Made by a program: the position numbers and the translations under genes. From Spirochaetaceae bacterium (lineage in GTDB: Bacteria; Spirochaetota; Spirochaetia; DSM-27196; SLAA01), in the NCBI GenBank assembly GCA_003552985.1, contig PUPD01000298.1:6729-70728 (forward strand): DNA of 64,000 bases, read 5' to 3'. This document shows, one piece after another, positions 17,201 through 25,452 of the stretch (position 1 is its first letter; each line of letters opens with the position of its first letter). The notes beneath the pieces are model-generated. The model searched no databases and had not been told where the DNA came from. It worked only from the letters and a program-made list of their open reading frames with translations.

Positions 17201-18341
17201 CGCGTACTACAATCTGGCGATTCTGGAACGCCGCTTTGAGCGCTATGAGGAGTCGTATCAGAGCGCCGGCGAATCGGTCGCGGCGATGGAGCGTGCAACC
17301 GGGTTCATCGCGCTGGGGGAGCTGTACGAGCGCCGCCTGGATCGAGACCGCGCCGAGCGCGCGTATCGACGGGCATATCAGCTCGAGCAGGATGCGCCGC
17401 TGTCGCGTTTGAGCCTTGCGCGGCTTCAGTTCCGGTTCGGTGAGTTGGAACAGGCTGCAGCCTATGTCCGTTCGGTTCGTGAGGACGAGGACCGCGGTTG
17501 GTTGTTTCGATACGGCACCGATATCGATCGCCACCGGCTGGGTGTCGAGCGGCAGTTGGGGGAGATCTATGCAGCGCTGGCATACGCGCGCCGGTTCACT
17601 CCTGCCGCGTCGGTTGGTGAGTATCTCGAGCTCCGTGCTCGTGAGCTGAGCGAACGCGTCCTTGGATTCTATCACGAGCTCGGATATCGGCGCATCGCCT
17701 TCCGGATCGGGTGGGCTCTGTTACAGACTGGGAACTCCATCGACGGTGCGTCGATGTTGTCTCAGGCCACGAATCGGCACCCGTCCACGGCAGCGCGCTT
17801 CCTCGAAATCGCCGCGCGGCATGAGCTCGAGCGTAACCCTGCCGCCGAGACGGCCTATAATGCCCGCAAGGCCGGATTCGAACGCGACGCCGCCGCGCTG
17901 CGCACGGCGGTCGATGAGCTGGACTCGCCATGGGAGCGCGGGCGCCGGGCAGACGGTCTCGCGGTTCTGGTGGAACTGCATCGGCGCAACCGAGAGAATG
18001 CCGAAGCCGTGGAGGCGGCGCTGAAGCTCTACCGCCTTAATCCGGCTGCGCTGCCTGGAGCCGGCATAAGGCTGCCTGTGGCGTTGGAGTTCGACTCCCG
18101 GGTCGAGGCGGGAGTGCGCGCTCGTCTGCACAGGGCCCTCACCGCCGCTGGGTTCAGGGAGCTGGACGACGGCGCCGGCCTCAGGCTGCGCATGCGGCCG
18201 GTGAGCGCCGGGGTTCTCGGCTATGTGCTCGAGGACGATCGTGAGGCGATGCGCCGGGGTACGGTTGATTACGGCGCAACTCGAGCAGCGGCGGCGCGCA
18301 CCGCACGCGAGATTGCGGCTGGGGTCTTCTCCTCGCGCTGA
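14223..18341 (+). CDS. Membrane transglutaminase-like protein fused to a C-terminal TPR array (1372 aa)
   Basis: N-terminal polytopic TM region. TGase core RRGYCTYFAHAMTLMSRSLGIPARVAVGF...HAWVEAYLPELGWVEYDPT. The C-terminal ~550 aa carry repeated TPR-like A/Y/L patterns. The GTG start overlaps the DUF58 stop. Confidence 0.85.
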   Translation: MIVVRRSGRFVFGPLISAAGLAVLLLRLLAAAFVIVQYRLLLREAATLPPLLGIGVAGLLAGALLARTRLRAWVAVGFVVAAPWVLRAVILAGFELWLSLIGERAFEAGLHGVDGPLGAALYTLPLQLDLALYPALPLFYLFGWVSIAVQRRAWGVPFEVGLYAVLLALVFWNEAGEGGRLYDHPGALAGVVAAFVLVEVKLLLLTRGRATRRRAARRVRLRDIAAAAAVVLPLIAVAFAGVLAHHRDQALAHRGGLLQPTMLSFEFADHLSLESEISMSDELVALVRYEGARPETDQNRDLDDAEPSAGSGEAAPDEPGSARRLESALTSEQDDPPIPESGRKLLRRGVLSGYSPRRGFYRDGEREPDPVPRRVEPEGTRYPGPPDEYQRGERLHQELYLVNFEPQALLGFNQPLSARPYTLPAGSSFTAAYAVESSVPAPEAEIREADAPNDPNTVGSDRYEYYTEHGEDERVQALAEEVTAGAESPAEALRLIEEYFHREFHYSLRPGVAPDGNQLHHFLFQERRGYCTYFAHAMTLMSRSLGIPARVAVGFYVVPELELMGFHPIRADMAHAWVEAYLPELGWVEYDPTTAELAPGEDFEAPAPFDSAQLAGLVEEIFSDQLELDRTVDETLRETDPAAGSARARLAAALLVLLLLGYPALVLTPRLALLAALRRAQDPRAEARLQYRRGRGRLRRAGLSPATYESVREYAERVDALGHEFGPLTEQYLAAQFAPRYGMRERERLLDAVRRFERGFRAAVGPARRLAAALRPDSASRLRRSALIALAVPAIGLALALIAAPRLGAEQPEREMSEYAEEAAMAVLQQRYRYAREVLIEGIEQYPDAVRLHLALGDLYFDRGLYRSALDAYRQAEQINPDSYGALDSLAATLARQNRDAEATEYRERFLERYPGRPDAIADLGWLYFKTQRIDEGIALLEEAVEEHPEDRGLWMTFGTLLGAAYEHAEAVEAYERAITIAERQEDRRFASVAYYNLAILERRFERYEESYQSAGESVAAMERATGFIALGELYERRLDRDRAERAYRRAYQLEQDAPLSRLSLARLQFRFGELEQAAAYVRSVREDEDRGWLFRYGTDIDRHRLGVERQLGEIYAALAYARRFTPAASVGEYLELRARELSERVLGFYHELGYRRIAFRIGWALLQTGNSIDGASMLSQATNRHPSTAARFLEIAARHELERNPAAETAYNARKAGFERDAAALRTAVDELDSPWERGRRADGLAVLVELHRRNRENAEAVEAALKLYRLNPAALPGAGIRLPVALEFDSRVEAGVRARLHRALTAAGFRELDDGAGLRLRMRPVSAGVLGYVLEDDREAMRRGTVDYGATRAAAARTAREIAAGVFSSR

Positions 18342-18403
18342 TCGACTGCCCGGGCCCGCGCCGGCTGCCCGGTTCGACTGCCCGGGCCGGGCCCGGGCCC
18401 GCG
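18342..18403. repeat. GC-rich ~16-bp periodic direct repeats in convergent spacer (possible bidirectional terminator)
   Basis: tcgactgcccgggcc occurs at 18342-18356 and 18374-18388, with a degenerate copy (ctgcccgg) at 18365-18372. There are several CCCGGG palindromes. Confidence 0.6.
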
Positions 18404-19390
18404 CTACCAGCTGACGAGATTGGCCCCGTATGTGAGCCCGGCGCCGAAGCCGATCAGCACAAGCTTGTCGCCGCGCTGTATTAGGCCGTTGGCGTTCATC
18501 TCGTTGAGGGCCAGCGGAATCGAGGCGGCGGAGGTATTCGCATACTCCTGCATATTGAGATAGAAGCGATCCACCGGTATTCCGAGGCGCTTGGCAGCTG
18601 CTTCGATGATCCTGCGATTTGCCTGGTGCGGGACGAAGTAGCGGATTTCGTCGAGCGACAGCTTGTTGCGGTCGAGAATCTCTAAGATGGTGTCGACCAC
18701 CGCACGAACCGCAAAGATGTAGACCTTCCGCCCGTCCATCTGCAGCGCGAGCTCGGAGTCCGGCGTTTGCCCGGGGACGTACACGTTGCGGGTGCCGCCG
18801 CACGGGCGCATGAGCGATGTTGCGCCACTCCCGTCGGAGCGAAGAATGGAGTCGATAATGCGGCTCGGCTCTCCCGGGGCGGTGGGAGAAACCACCACAG
18901 CTCCGGCGCCGTCGCCGAACAGGACGCAGGTGTTGCGGTCCGACCAGTTCATAATCTTGCTGTATACCTCGGTGCCGGCGACCAGCACGTGCCGCGCGGA
19001 GCCCGCGCGCACGAATGCCCGTGCAGTTTCCAGCGCATAGACGAAGCCGGTACAGACCGCCATCACGTCCATGGCGCCCGCATTCACCGCCCCGATGCCG
19101 TCCTGGACCACGCAGGCGGTGGAGGGCAGCCCGACGTAGTCCGGGGGGGAGGTTGCAACCAGGACCAGGTCGATCTCCTTCGCGGTGAGCCCGGCGGCCT
19201 CGACCGCTTTGTGCGCGGCCGGAATCGCGAGATCCGATGCGGCTTCATCCTCAGCCGCAATGTGACGGTACGAAATACCGGTATGTGAGTAAATCCACTC
19301 GTCGGAGGTATCTACGAACTCGGTGAGTTCCTGGTTGGACATTCGTCGCTCCGGTACGTATGAGCCGACCGACCGTATATATGCTTCCAC
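18404..19390 (-). CDS. fabH: 3-oxoacyl-ACP synthase III
   Basis: Active-site region VMAVCTGFVYAL, plus VPHQANRRII and GFGAGLTYG. GTG start with AGGAG 7 nt upstream. Confidence 0.9.
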   Translation of the reverse strand: MEAYIRSVGSYVPERRMSNQELTEFVDTSDEWIYSHTGISYRHIAAEDEAASDLAIPAAHKAVEAAGLTAKEIDLVLVATSPPDYVGLPSTACVVQDGIGAVNAGAMDVMAVCTGFVYALETARAFVRAGSARHVLVAGTEVYSKIMNWSDRNTCVLFGDGAGAVVVSPTAPGEPSRIIDSILRSDGSGATSLMRPCGGTRNVYVPGQTPDSELALQMDGRKVYIFAVRAVVDTILEILDRNKLSLDEIRYFVPHQANRRIIEAAAKRLGIPVDRFYLNMQEYANTSAASIPLALNEMNANGLIQRGDKLVLIGFGAGLTYGANLVSW

Positions 19391-19527
19391 TCGAGGTCTC
19401 CTGTATGGTCCCTGATTCTACGGTCGCACCGTGCGACGGTCAAGGTATCGGTACCGGTAAACAGCGCCAACGAGGCGCCGACGAGGCGCGGTGAGCGCTG
19501 ACCGGTGCTGCCGGGCGCGCCGGGCGC

Positions 19528-20775
19528 TCACCGAAACATGCGTAGCGTGCGCCGGACTTCGTCGTTGGCCCGCTCCAGGTAGGCGTTCATACCGGTGACG
19601 GTGGCGCCGTCGGGGGTGGGCCCGGGGAAGTAGCGGATCGCGGTTTCGAGGTTGCCGGCGGTTATGAACCCACGCAGCGCCGTGACGGTGCGGTACTCGG
19701 CGATCGGCCCGAGCAGTATATAGCCGTCGGTGAGCTCGCCCAGCGTCAGCGCGTCGTAGTGCTCGCGATAATCGCTGCTACCGATCGGCAACTCGGAAAG
19801 CGGACCGGTTGCGACCTCAATCCCGCCGCGGCGCAGCTCAACCGGTAGCAGCGGTATGAGAGCTTCAATCGCACCGTCGGCCGGGCTTGCCACCCCGCCG
19901 GAGCTGCCCTGATCCGGCCACGGAGAGTGTAGCAGCACCGTAGCTGCCCGGTCGCCGATCTGGTCGTAGATATAGTTGCCGGCCCGTTCGTTCTCGGGAA
20001 TCCCGATCCGGCGGAGGTGTTCCCGATAGACACGATCCTCGTAGCGCGTGAAGCTGTGTTCTATCGGCGTAAAGATCAGCGCGCGATGTCCGGGAGCGAT
20101 GATTTCGCGCTCAATTGTATCGGCAATGACTCGGTCAGGCACGCCTTCGGTGAATACCGACTGCATCTTCCGCCGGTCGTGGAGGTCAGGCGGCGAGCGG
20201 AGATGGTAGTAGTCCGGTCTCATGCCGAGGCCGATGACGCGCATCGGTGACCGGGTGGGCGGGGCTTCACGGTTCATACGCCAGACTGCTTCGAGCAGGT
20301 CCACGTACTCGCGGTAGCCCCACACCACCTTGCGGTTGAACAGCAATCGCGCAGCCTGCTCGCGGTCGAACTCATCGGCGCTGATGAGCCGATCTATCCC
20401 GGTCTGGTCGGCAACGCGCAGATGCACCAGCCCCAAGCGCGTTACCCCGGCGGCATGCAGCAATTCCAACGCGCTGGTCAGGAGCTCCACCTGCTCGCGA
20501 ATCCGACCGTATTCGCCGAGGAACACGATCTGCCGCCGCTCAAACAGCTTCGCGAGGTACTGTTCGGGAGCTCGAGCTTCCGCCTCGACCCAGTCCACAA
20601 GGCGTGCCTTGTGCTCAGCCGGCAGCTCGCTGCGAGCGGGGGACGAGCCGCTGCGCATAAGCCCGAATGGGTCCAGGATAAGGATCCCGGCCGCGATAAA
20701 GGCCCCGATCAAAAGGAGCCGGGGGTCGGCACGACGCATCGGCGCGAGTATAGCAGGATGTCGCAGTGTTGACAC
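19528..20775 (-). CDS. Hypothetical membrane-anchored protein (415 aa)
   Basis: N-terminal hydrophobic anchor LLLIGAFIAAGILIL followed by a globular region. No confident family assignment. Confidence 0.6.
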   Translation of the reverse strand: MSTLRHPAILAPMRRADPRLLLIGAFIAAGILILDPFGLMRSGSSPARSELPAEHKARLVDWVEAEARAPEQYLAKLFERRQIVFLGEYGRIREQVELLTSALELLHAAGVTRLGLVHLRVADQTGIDRLISADEFDREQAARLLFNRKVVWGYREYVDLLEAVWRMNREAPPTRSPMRVIGLGMRPDYYHLRSPPDLHDRRKMQSVFTEGVPDRVIADTIEREIIAPGHRALIFTPIEHSFTRYEDRVYREHLRRIGIPENERAGNYIYDQIGDRAATVLLHSPWPDQGSSGGVASPADGAIEALIPLLPVELRRGGIEVATGPLSELPIGSSDYREHYDALTLGELTDGYILLGPIAEYRTVTALRGFITAGNLETAIRYFPGPTPDGATVTGMNAYLERANDEVRRTLRMFR

Positions 20776-20831
20776 CCCATAAGGCGCGTGCTACCGTTTC
20801 GGCCGAGTCTTTTTGCAGAAGAGAGGTTGGG

Positions 20832-21776
20832 GTGAAACGAGCTTTTCTCTTCCCTGGTCAGGGAGCACAGCATCCGGGGATGGGCAAGGATCTTCATGAC
20901 GCGAGCTCAGCGGTGCAGCAGCTGTTTGACGCAGCCTCCGCGGCTACCGATCTGGATCTGCGTCGGCTATTGTTCGAGGGAACGGAAGAGGAGCTCAGAT
21001 CCACCGACAAGACCCAGATCGCGATTACGCTCGTCAATCTGTCGGCCGCAGCGGTGTTGCGTGAGCGCGGAATAGAACCGGACGGATGCGCGGGCTTCAG
21101 TCTCGGAGAGTATGCTGCGCTGGTGCAGGCGGGGGTGCTGGCAGCTGAAGACGTCTTCTCGGTGGTGCGGCGGCGCGGTGACTGCATGGAACGCGCCAGC
21201 CGGGGGCTTGATACCCGCTACGGCGGTACGGCCGGGATGGCGGCAGTTCTGGGGCTCCCATTCGACCAGGTACGGACAGTCCTGCAGGAACAGGGGTACG
21301 AACGCGTTTATCCGGCCATCTGGAACAGCCCGGTGCAGACGGTGATCGCGGGCGCCGGGGAGGAGTTGGAACAAGCTCAGGAGGCCCTGAAGGTTGCCGG
21401 TGCGCGCCGTATCGTCGCGGTGAAGGTGTCGGGGCCGTTTCACACGCCGCTCATGGAGGATGCCCGCGCTGAGTTTGCCGGGTTTCTGGAGTCGGTTGAT
21501 TTTGCCGACCCGGTGGTGCCGGTCTATTCGAACGTAAGCGGAGCGCGCATCCACACCGGGGCGCAGGCACGCGAACTGTGCGTGCAGCAGTTGGTCTCCA
21601 CGGTGCTATGGGTCGACGAGGCACGGAGCGTCGCGGCGGACGGGTACGATGAGGTCCTGGAAGTGGGCCCGGGGACGGTCCTCGGCGGGCTCTGGAAGGC
21701 ACTCGTGAAAGCGGACGAATCGGTGACCGCCCCGTGCCGGCCGGCCGGGACTATTGACGACATGGCCGCTCTATAA
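20832..21776 (+). CDS. fabD: Malonyl-CoA:ACP transacylase
   Basis: FLFPGQGAQ and GFSLGEYAAL motifs. The GTG at 20832 (VKRAFLFPGQG), preceded by GAGAGG, is preferred over the ORF-track start 20766. Confidence 0.9.
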   Translation: MKRAFLFPGQGAQHPGMGKDLHDASSAVQQLFDAASAATDLDLRRLLFEGTEEELRSTDKTQIAITLVNLSAAAVLRERGIEPDGCAGFSLGEYAALVQAGVLAAEDVFSVVRRRGDCMERASRGLDTRYGGTAGMAAVLGLPFDQVRTVLQEQGYERVYPAIWNSPVQTVIAGAGEELEQAQEALKVAGARRIVAVKVSGPFHTPLMEDARAEFAGFLESVDFADPVVPVYSNVSGARIHTGAQARELCVQQLVSTVLWVDEARSVAADGYDEVLEVGPGTVLGGLWKALVKADESVTAPCRPAGTIDDMAAL

Positions 21777-21817
21777 GCACAGTAGTCAGATACACGCGTA
21801 CGGGGAGGTAACTAACA

Positions 21818-22558
21818 ATGCTGCAAGGGCAAACCGCATTGGTAACCGGAGGGTCGCGCGGCATCGGTCGCGAGATTGTGTTGAAGCTTCTGCACAACGG
21901 CGCTTCGGTATACTACATCGATCTTAATCCGGGAGAATCGCTCGACGAGTACAAGTCGCTCGCTGACCAGCACGGTGCCAACGTCGTCTATAAGGAAGGA
22001 AACGTTGCCGACGAGTCCACGATCACGGCTGTAGTGGAAGAGATTCTCGCCGAGTCGGGCGGGATGGATATCCTCGTCAATAACGCCGGTATCACTCGCG
22101 ACGGGTTGATCTTTCGGATGAGCTCCAAGGACTGGAACGACGTGCTCAGCATCAACCTGAACAGCGCCTTTTATGTTTCGAAGGTTGTGGCGAACCACAT
22201 GATCAAGCGGCGCAGCGGCGCCATCATCAATATCGCTTCGATTGTGGGCGTAATCGGTAACGCCGGCCAGACCAATTACTCAGCCTCGAAAGCCGGGATG
22301 ATCGGGCTTACCAAAAGCCTGGCGCGCGAGGTTGCCGGACGCAACGTCCGCGTGAACGCGGTCGCCCCGGGATTTATCGATACGGTCATGACCCAGAAAC
22401 TCAACGAGGATCAGCGCAAAGCATTGACGCAGCAAATCCCGATGGGCCGTATCGGTTCGCCTGAGGAAGTGGCGAAGGTTGTATTGTTCCTGGCTTCGGA
22501 CCTATCCTCGTATCTTACCGGCCAGGTGATCCACATCACCGGCGGGATGGGCATGTGA
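21818..22558 (+). CDS. fabG: 3-oxoacyl-ACP reductase
   Basis: TGGSRGIG, NNAGITRD and YSASKAGMIGLTKSLA are SDR/FabG signatures. Confidence 0.9.
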   Translation: MLQGQTALVTGGSRGIGREIVLKLLHNGASVYYIDLNPGESLDEYKSLADQHGANVVYKEGNVADESTITAVVEEILAESGGMDILVNNAGITRDGLIFRMSSKDWNDVLSINLNSAFYVSKVVANHMIKRRSGAIINIASIVGVIGNAGQTNYSASKAGMIGLTKSLAREVAGRNVRVNAVAPGFIDTVMTQKLNEDQRKALTQQIPMGRIGSPEEVAKVVLFLASDLSSYLTGQVIHITGGMGM

Positions 22559-22561
22559 CCT

Positions 22562-23821
22562 ATGAAAGCACGCGATGATACGGAACGCGTAGTAATCACC
22601 GGGCTCGGCGCGGTGACCCCAATCGGCAACACGGTCGAAGAGTTCTGGAGCTCTATCCGGGCCGGTAAGGGCGGCGCGGGGCCGATCACGCGCTTCGACG
22701 CGACCGAGTTCCAGACCAAGATCGCGGCCGAGGTCAAAGACTTCGACCCAACCGCGTTCATCGACCGCCGGGATGCGCGCAAGATGGACCGTTTTTCGCA
22801 GTACGCTGCCGCGGCTTCGGTGCAGGCGATGCGTGACGCCGGCCTCGAGCACGGGGGCGTCGAGCCGGAGCGTCTGGGTTGCATACTCGGCGTCGGCATC
22901 GGCGGCTTCGAGACGATCGAAAGCTCCTACGAGAGCCTGCTCAGCAAAGGGCCGTCGCGCGTGCCGCCGATGACCATCCCGAAGCTCATCGCCAATATCG
23001 GTCCGGGAAACGTCGCAATCCTGTTGAACGCTCAGGGGCCGTGCTATTCGATTGCTACCGCATGTGCTTCGGCTACCGACGCGCTCGGAGATGCCGCCCG
23101 TATCCTCCGCGCCGGAGAAGCCGACGTTATCATCAGCGGCGGCGTCGAGGCGTGTATCACTAAGCTCGGCGTCTCGGGGTTCAACGTCATCCAGGCCCTG
23201 AGCACCAACTATAACGACCGACCGGAGCAAGCGTCACGCCCGTTCGACAAGGACCGTGACGGCTTCCTGCTCGGCGAGGGAGCGGGGATTCTCCTGCTCG
23301 AGCGCCTGGACCACGCTCGGCAGCGCGGTGCGCGGATCTACGCCGAGTTGGCAGGGTACGGCATCACTTGTGATGCGAACCACCTCACCGCTCCGCATCC
23401 TGAGGGATCCGGAGCGATAAAGGCGATGCGGATGGCGCTCGCAAACGGCGGTATTGCGCCGCAAGAGGTTGATTATGTCAACGCGCACGGAACCTCGACT
23501 CCGTTAAACGACCCAATCGAGACCGCCGTGATCAAGCAGGTATTCGGCGAGCACGCCTATAAGCTGAAGGTCTCCTCAACGAAGTCGATGACCGGACACT
23601 GTATCGGTGCAGCCGGTGGCGTGGAGGCGATCGCCTGCACTTTAGCTATTCGCGATCAGTACTTTCCGCCGACGATCAACCTTGAGGAGCCCGATCCGGC
23701 GTGTGATCTCGATTACGTGCCGAACTCAGGAGTGGAGGGGCCAATCCGGGTTACGATCTCGAACTCGCTCGGTTTCGGTGGGCACAACGGTGTGGTTGCG
23801 ATAACCGAATACGGAGCGTAG
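22562..23821 (+). CDS. fabF: 3-oxoacyl-ACP synthase II
   Basis: ATACASATDA (active-site Cys), NAHGTSTPLND and GFGGHNG. It starts 3 nt after the fabG stop. Confidence 0.9.
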   Translation: MKARDDTERVVITGLGAVTPIGNTVEEFWSSIRAGKGGAGPITRFDATEFQTKIAAEVKDFDPTAFIDRRDARKMDRFSQYAAAASVQAMRDAGLEHGGVEPERLGCILGVGIGGFETIESSYESLLSKGPSRVPPMTIPKLIANIGPGNVAILLNAQGPCYSIATACASATDALGDAARILRAGEADVIISGGVEACITKLGVSGFNVIQALSTNYNDRPEQASRPFDKDRDGFLLGEGAGILLLERLDHARQRGARIYAELAGYGITCDANHLTAPHPEGSGAIKAMRMALANGGIAPQEVDYVNAHGTSTPLNDPIETAVIKQVFGEHAYKLKVSSTKSMTGHCIGAAGGVEAIACTLAIRDQYFPPTINLEEPDPACDLDYVPNSGVEGPIRVTISNSLGFGGHNGVVAITEYGA

Positions 23822-23823
23822 GG

Positions 23824-24333
23824 TTGTCATGCATCGCGTTCAGTTACTCAGCGGACCGGAGCCGGCTCGAGGTGCAACGGGAGCTGCTTGCGCAGGTAGG
23901 GCTCCTACCTCAACCTGTCGCTGATCAATCGGAAGTAGGTGCTCGCGACCGTCTCGCCGAGTTGCTGTCGGACCGGGTGGGCCGTATTCTCGGTGATTCC
24001 GCCCATGTCTATCACCTGCGGCGTAGGGTGTTCGGGATTGTTCGGTCTGGTCCTGACAACAGCTTTGGCCGCTCCGCCGCAGAGCAGGCAACTCGCAAGC
24101 TTCTGGCGGTGCTTTCAGCCTGTGAGCCGGTTGTGGAAGATATGCGCTCCCCTATCGATTTCACCGCGGCGATCGAGGCTTTCATCGTGCGGCGCCTCAC
24201 GGTTGAGACCGTGGAGGAAGAGGGCGTTGAGCATCACGGGCAGGTCAAGCAGTTCATCGAGCGGCTGCGGGAGTTGGGCGCGCAGTCGGCGCAGGCCTAT
24301 ACGACCGTCAAGCCGAGGCCCCTACCGGCATAA
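23824..24333 (+). CDS. Hypothetical protein (169 aa) directly downstream of fabF
   Basis: TTG start 2 nt after the fabF stop. Protein-like composition, no motif recognised. Confidence 0.5.
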   Translation: MSCIAFSYSADRSRLEVQRELLAQVGLLPQPVADQSEVGARDRLAELLSDRVGRILGDSAHVYHLRRRVFGIVRSGPDNSFGRSAAEQATRKLLAVLSACEPVVEDMRSPIDFTAAIEAFIVRRLTVETVEEEGVEHHGQVKQFIERLRELGAQSAQAYTTVKPRPLPA

Positions 24334-24359
24334 AGCTGAGCTGCGAGCGAAGCGGGGGC

Positions 24360-24395
24360 AAAAAAAGGGCGGATAGGCCGCGCGCCTACCCGCCC
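24360..24395 (-). terminator. Rho-independent terminator of the fumC-TPR-rubredoxin transcript
   Basis: The minus strand reads GGGCGGGTAGG-cgcgcgg-CCTATCCGCCC followed by TTTTTTT. That is an 11-bp stem (one G-U pair), a 7-nt loop and a U7 tail, starting 21 nt after the rubredoxin stop. Confidence 0.85.
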
Positions 24396-24416
24396 GCGTA
24401 GTTCGGCATCAGGCCG

Positions 24417-24578
24417 TTATTCCTCTACGGAAAACTCGTCTTTCGGAGCTCCGCAGACCGGACACACCCAATCCTCCGGAAGATCATCAAAAGAGGTTCC
24501 GGCGGGGATATTTCCGTCGGGGTCGCCTTCCTCAGGATCGTAGATGTAGCCACAGACATCGCATACGTACTTCTTCAT
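24417..24578 (-). CDS. Rubredoxin (53 aa; not in the supplied ORF track)
   Basis: Manual translation gives [53 protein letters not shown]. This is the canonical CxxCG...CPxCG rubredoxin. Confidence 0.92.
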   Translation of the reverse strand: MKKYVCDVCGYIYDPEEGDPDGNIPAGTSFDDLPEDWVCPVCGAPKDEFSVEE

Positions 24579-24625
24579 CGTTCACTACCCTTTAACGAGT
24601 GTATTTCTTTCGGATGCAAGGCGAC

Positions 24626-25306
24626 CTACGGCCACTGCACATCCGTGAGAAGCGTAAGCTTGGTTTTGGACCGCTCGTCCGCCGGGTTGATCTCCAGTGC
24701 CCGGCGAAAGCTGGCGATTGCCTCGGTATTGTTGTGCAGCCCGTAATGCACCACACCGAGCATGTAGTGCACCTCGGCGAACTCCGAGTTCTGCTCCGCG
24801 AGCTCCTGTAGCAGCGGCAATGCTTCCTGGAACTGTTTCTGTTTGATCTTCAGCTGCGCCAGATAGAAGTTGGCGATCAGAGATTCCTTGGACTGGCTGC
24901 GTAAATGCTCAAAACCCGCCCCGGCCTCCTGATCCCGGCCGAGAAACAGGTTGATTAGTCCCACGAAGTAACTCGCCATCGCATGGCTCTGACTCTTGGT
25001 GTTGATCACCGCCTTGAACGACCGCAGGGCCTCCTCGAGGCGTCCCATGCGATAGTAACATACGCCCTGTTTGTAGTAGGCGATACCGAACTCCGGATTG
25101 ACTTCCGTCGCCCGGTCATAGGTCTTCACCGCGGTCTCGAGGTCACCGAGCGAGTAGTGAATGTTACCCAACAGCAGCAGGATAAAGGGCTCGTCCGGAT
25201 GGCTTCGGGCCAATTGCTCGAATGCTTCCCGCGCTGCATCCCACTCGCCGGCCAGGTAATGCGTCATGGCTTGATTGTAGGCGGGGTCGGACTGATTCAA
25301 CGCCAT
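24626..25306 (-). CDS. TPR-repeat protein (226 aa)
   Basis: Repeated 34-aa TPR pattern (A..YLAGEWD.A...F, G.CYYRMGRLEEAL..F, HYMLGVVHYGLHNNTEAI..F). Confidence 0.8.
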   Translation of the reverse strand: MALNQSDPAYNQAMTHYLAGEWDAAREAFEQLARSHPDEPFILLLLGNIHYSLGDLETAVKTYDRATEVNPEFGIAYYKQGVCYYRMGRLEEALRSFKAVINTKSQSHAMASYFVGLINLFLGRDQEAGAGFEHLRSQSKESLIANFYLAQLKIKQKQFQEALPLLQELAEQNSEFAEVHYMLGVVHYGLHNNTEAIASFRRALEINPADERSKTKLTLLTDVQWP

Positions 25307-25452
25307 ATCATGTGCTCCTTGTTGGTACCGGATTCCGGTTTGCGCCTGTGGGTAGGAGTGTACTATGCAATCCTCGCGATTGCAAGGCGCAACACCCCGT
25401 CTGGAGCGCAGGCGCCGGCCGGGCGTGCTTGGCGGTGCAGTTTCCCATGGTC

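Noticed and set aside
15777-17675. 632-aa ORF antisense to the TGase/TPR gene. Similar long antisense or alternate-frame ORFs occur at 13729-14571, 25222-26106, 32466-33638, 37675-38754, 55688-57178, 57123-58394 and 47213-47884.
   Set aside because: They have Arg/Pro/Ala/Gly-dominated, low-complexity composition and no motifs. Each lies fully inside a well-supported gene on the other strand or frame. This is the expected stop-codon depletion in GC-rich DNA.
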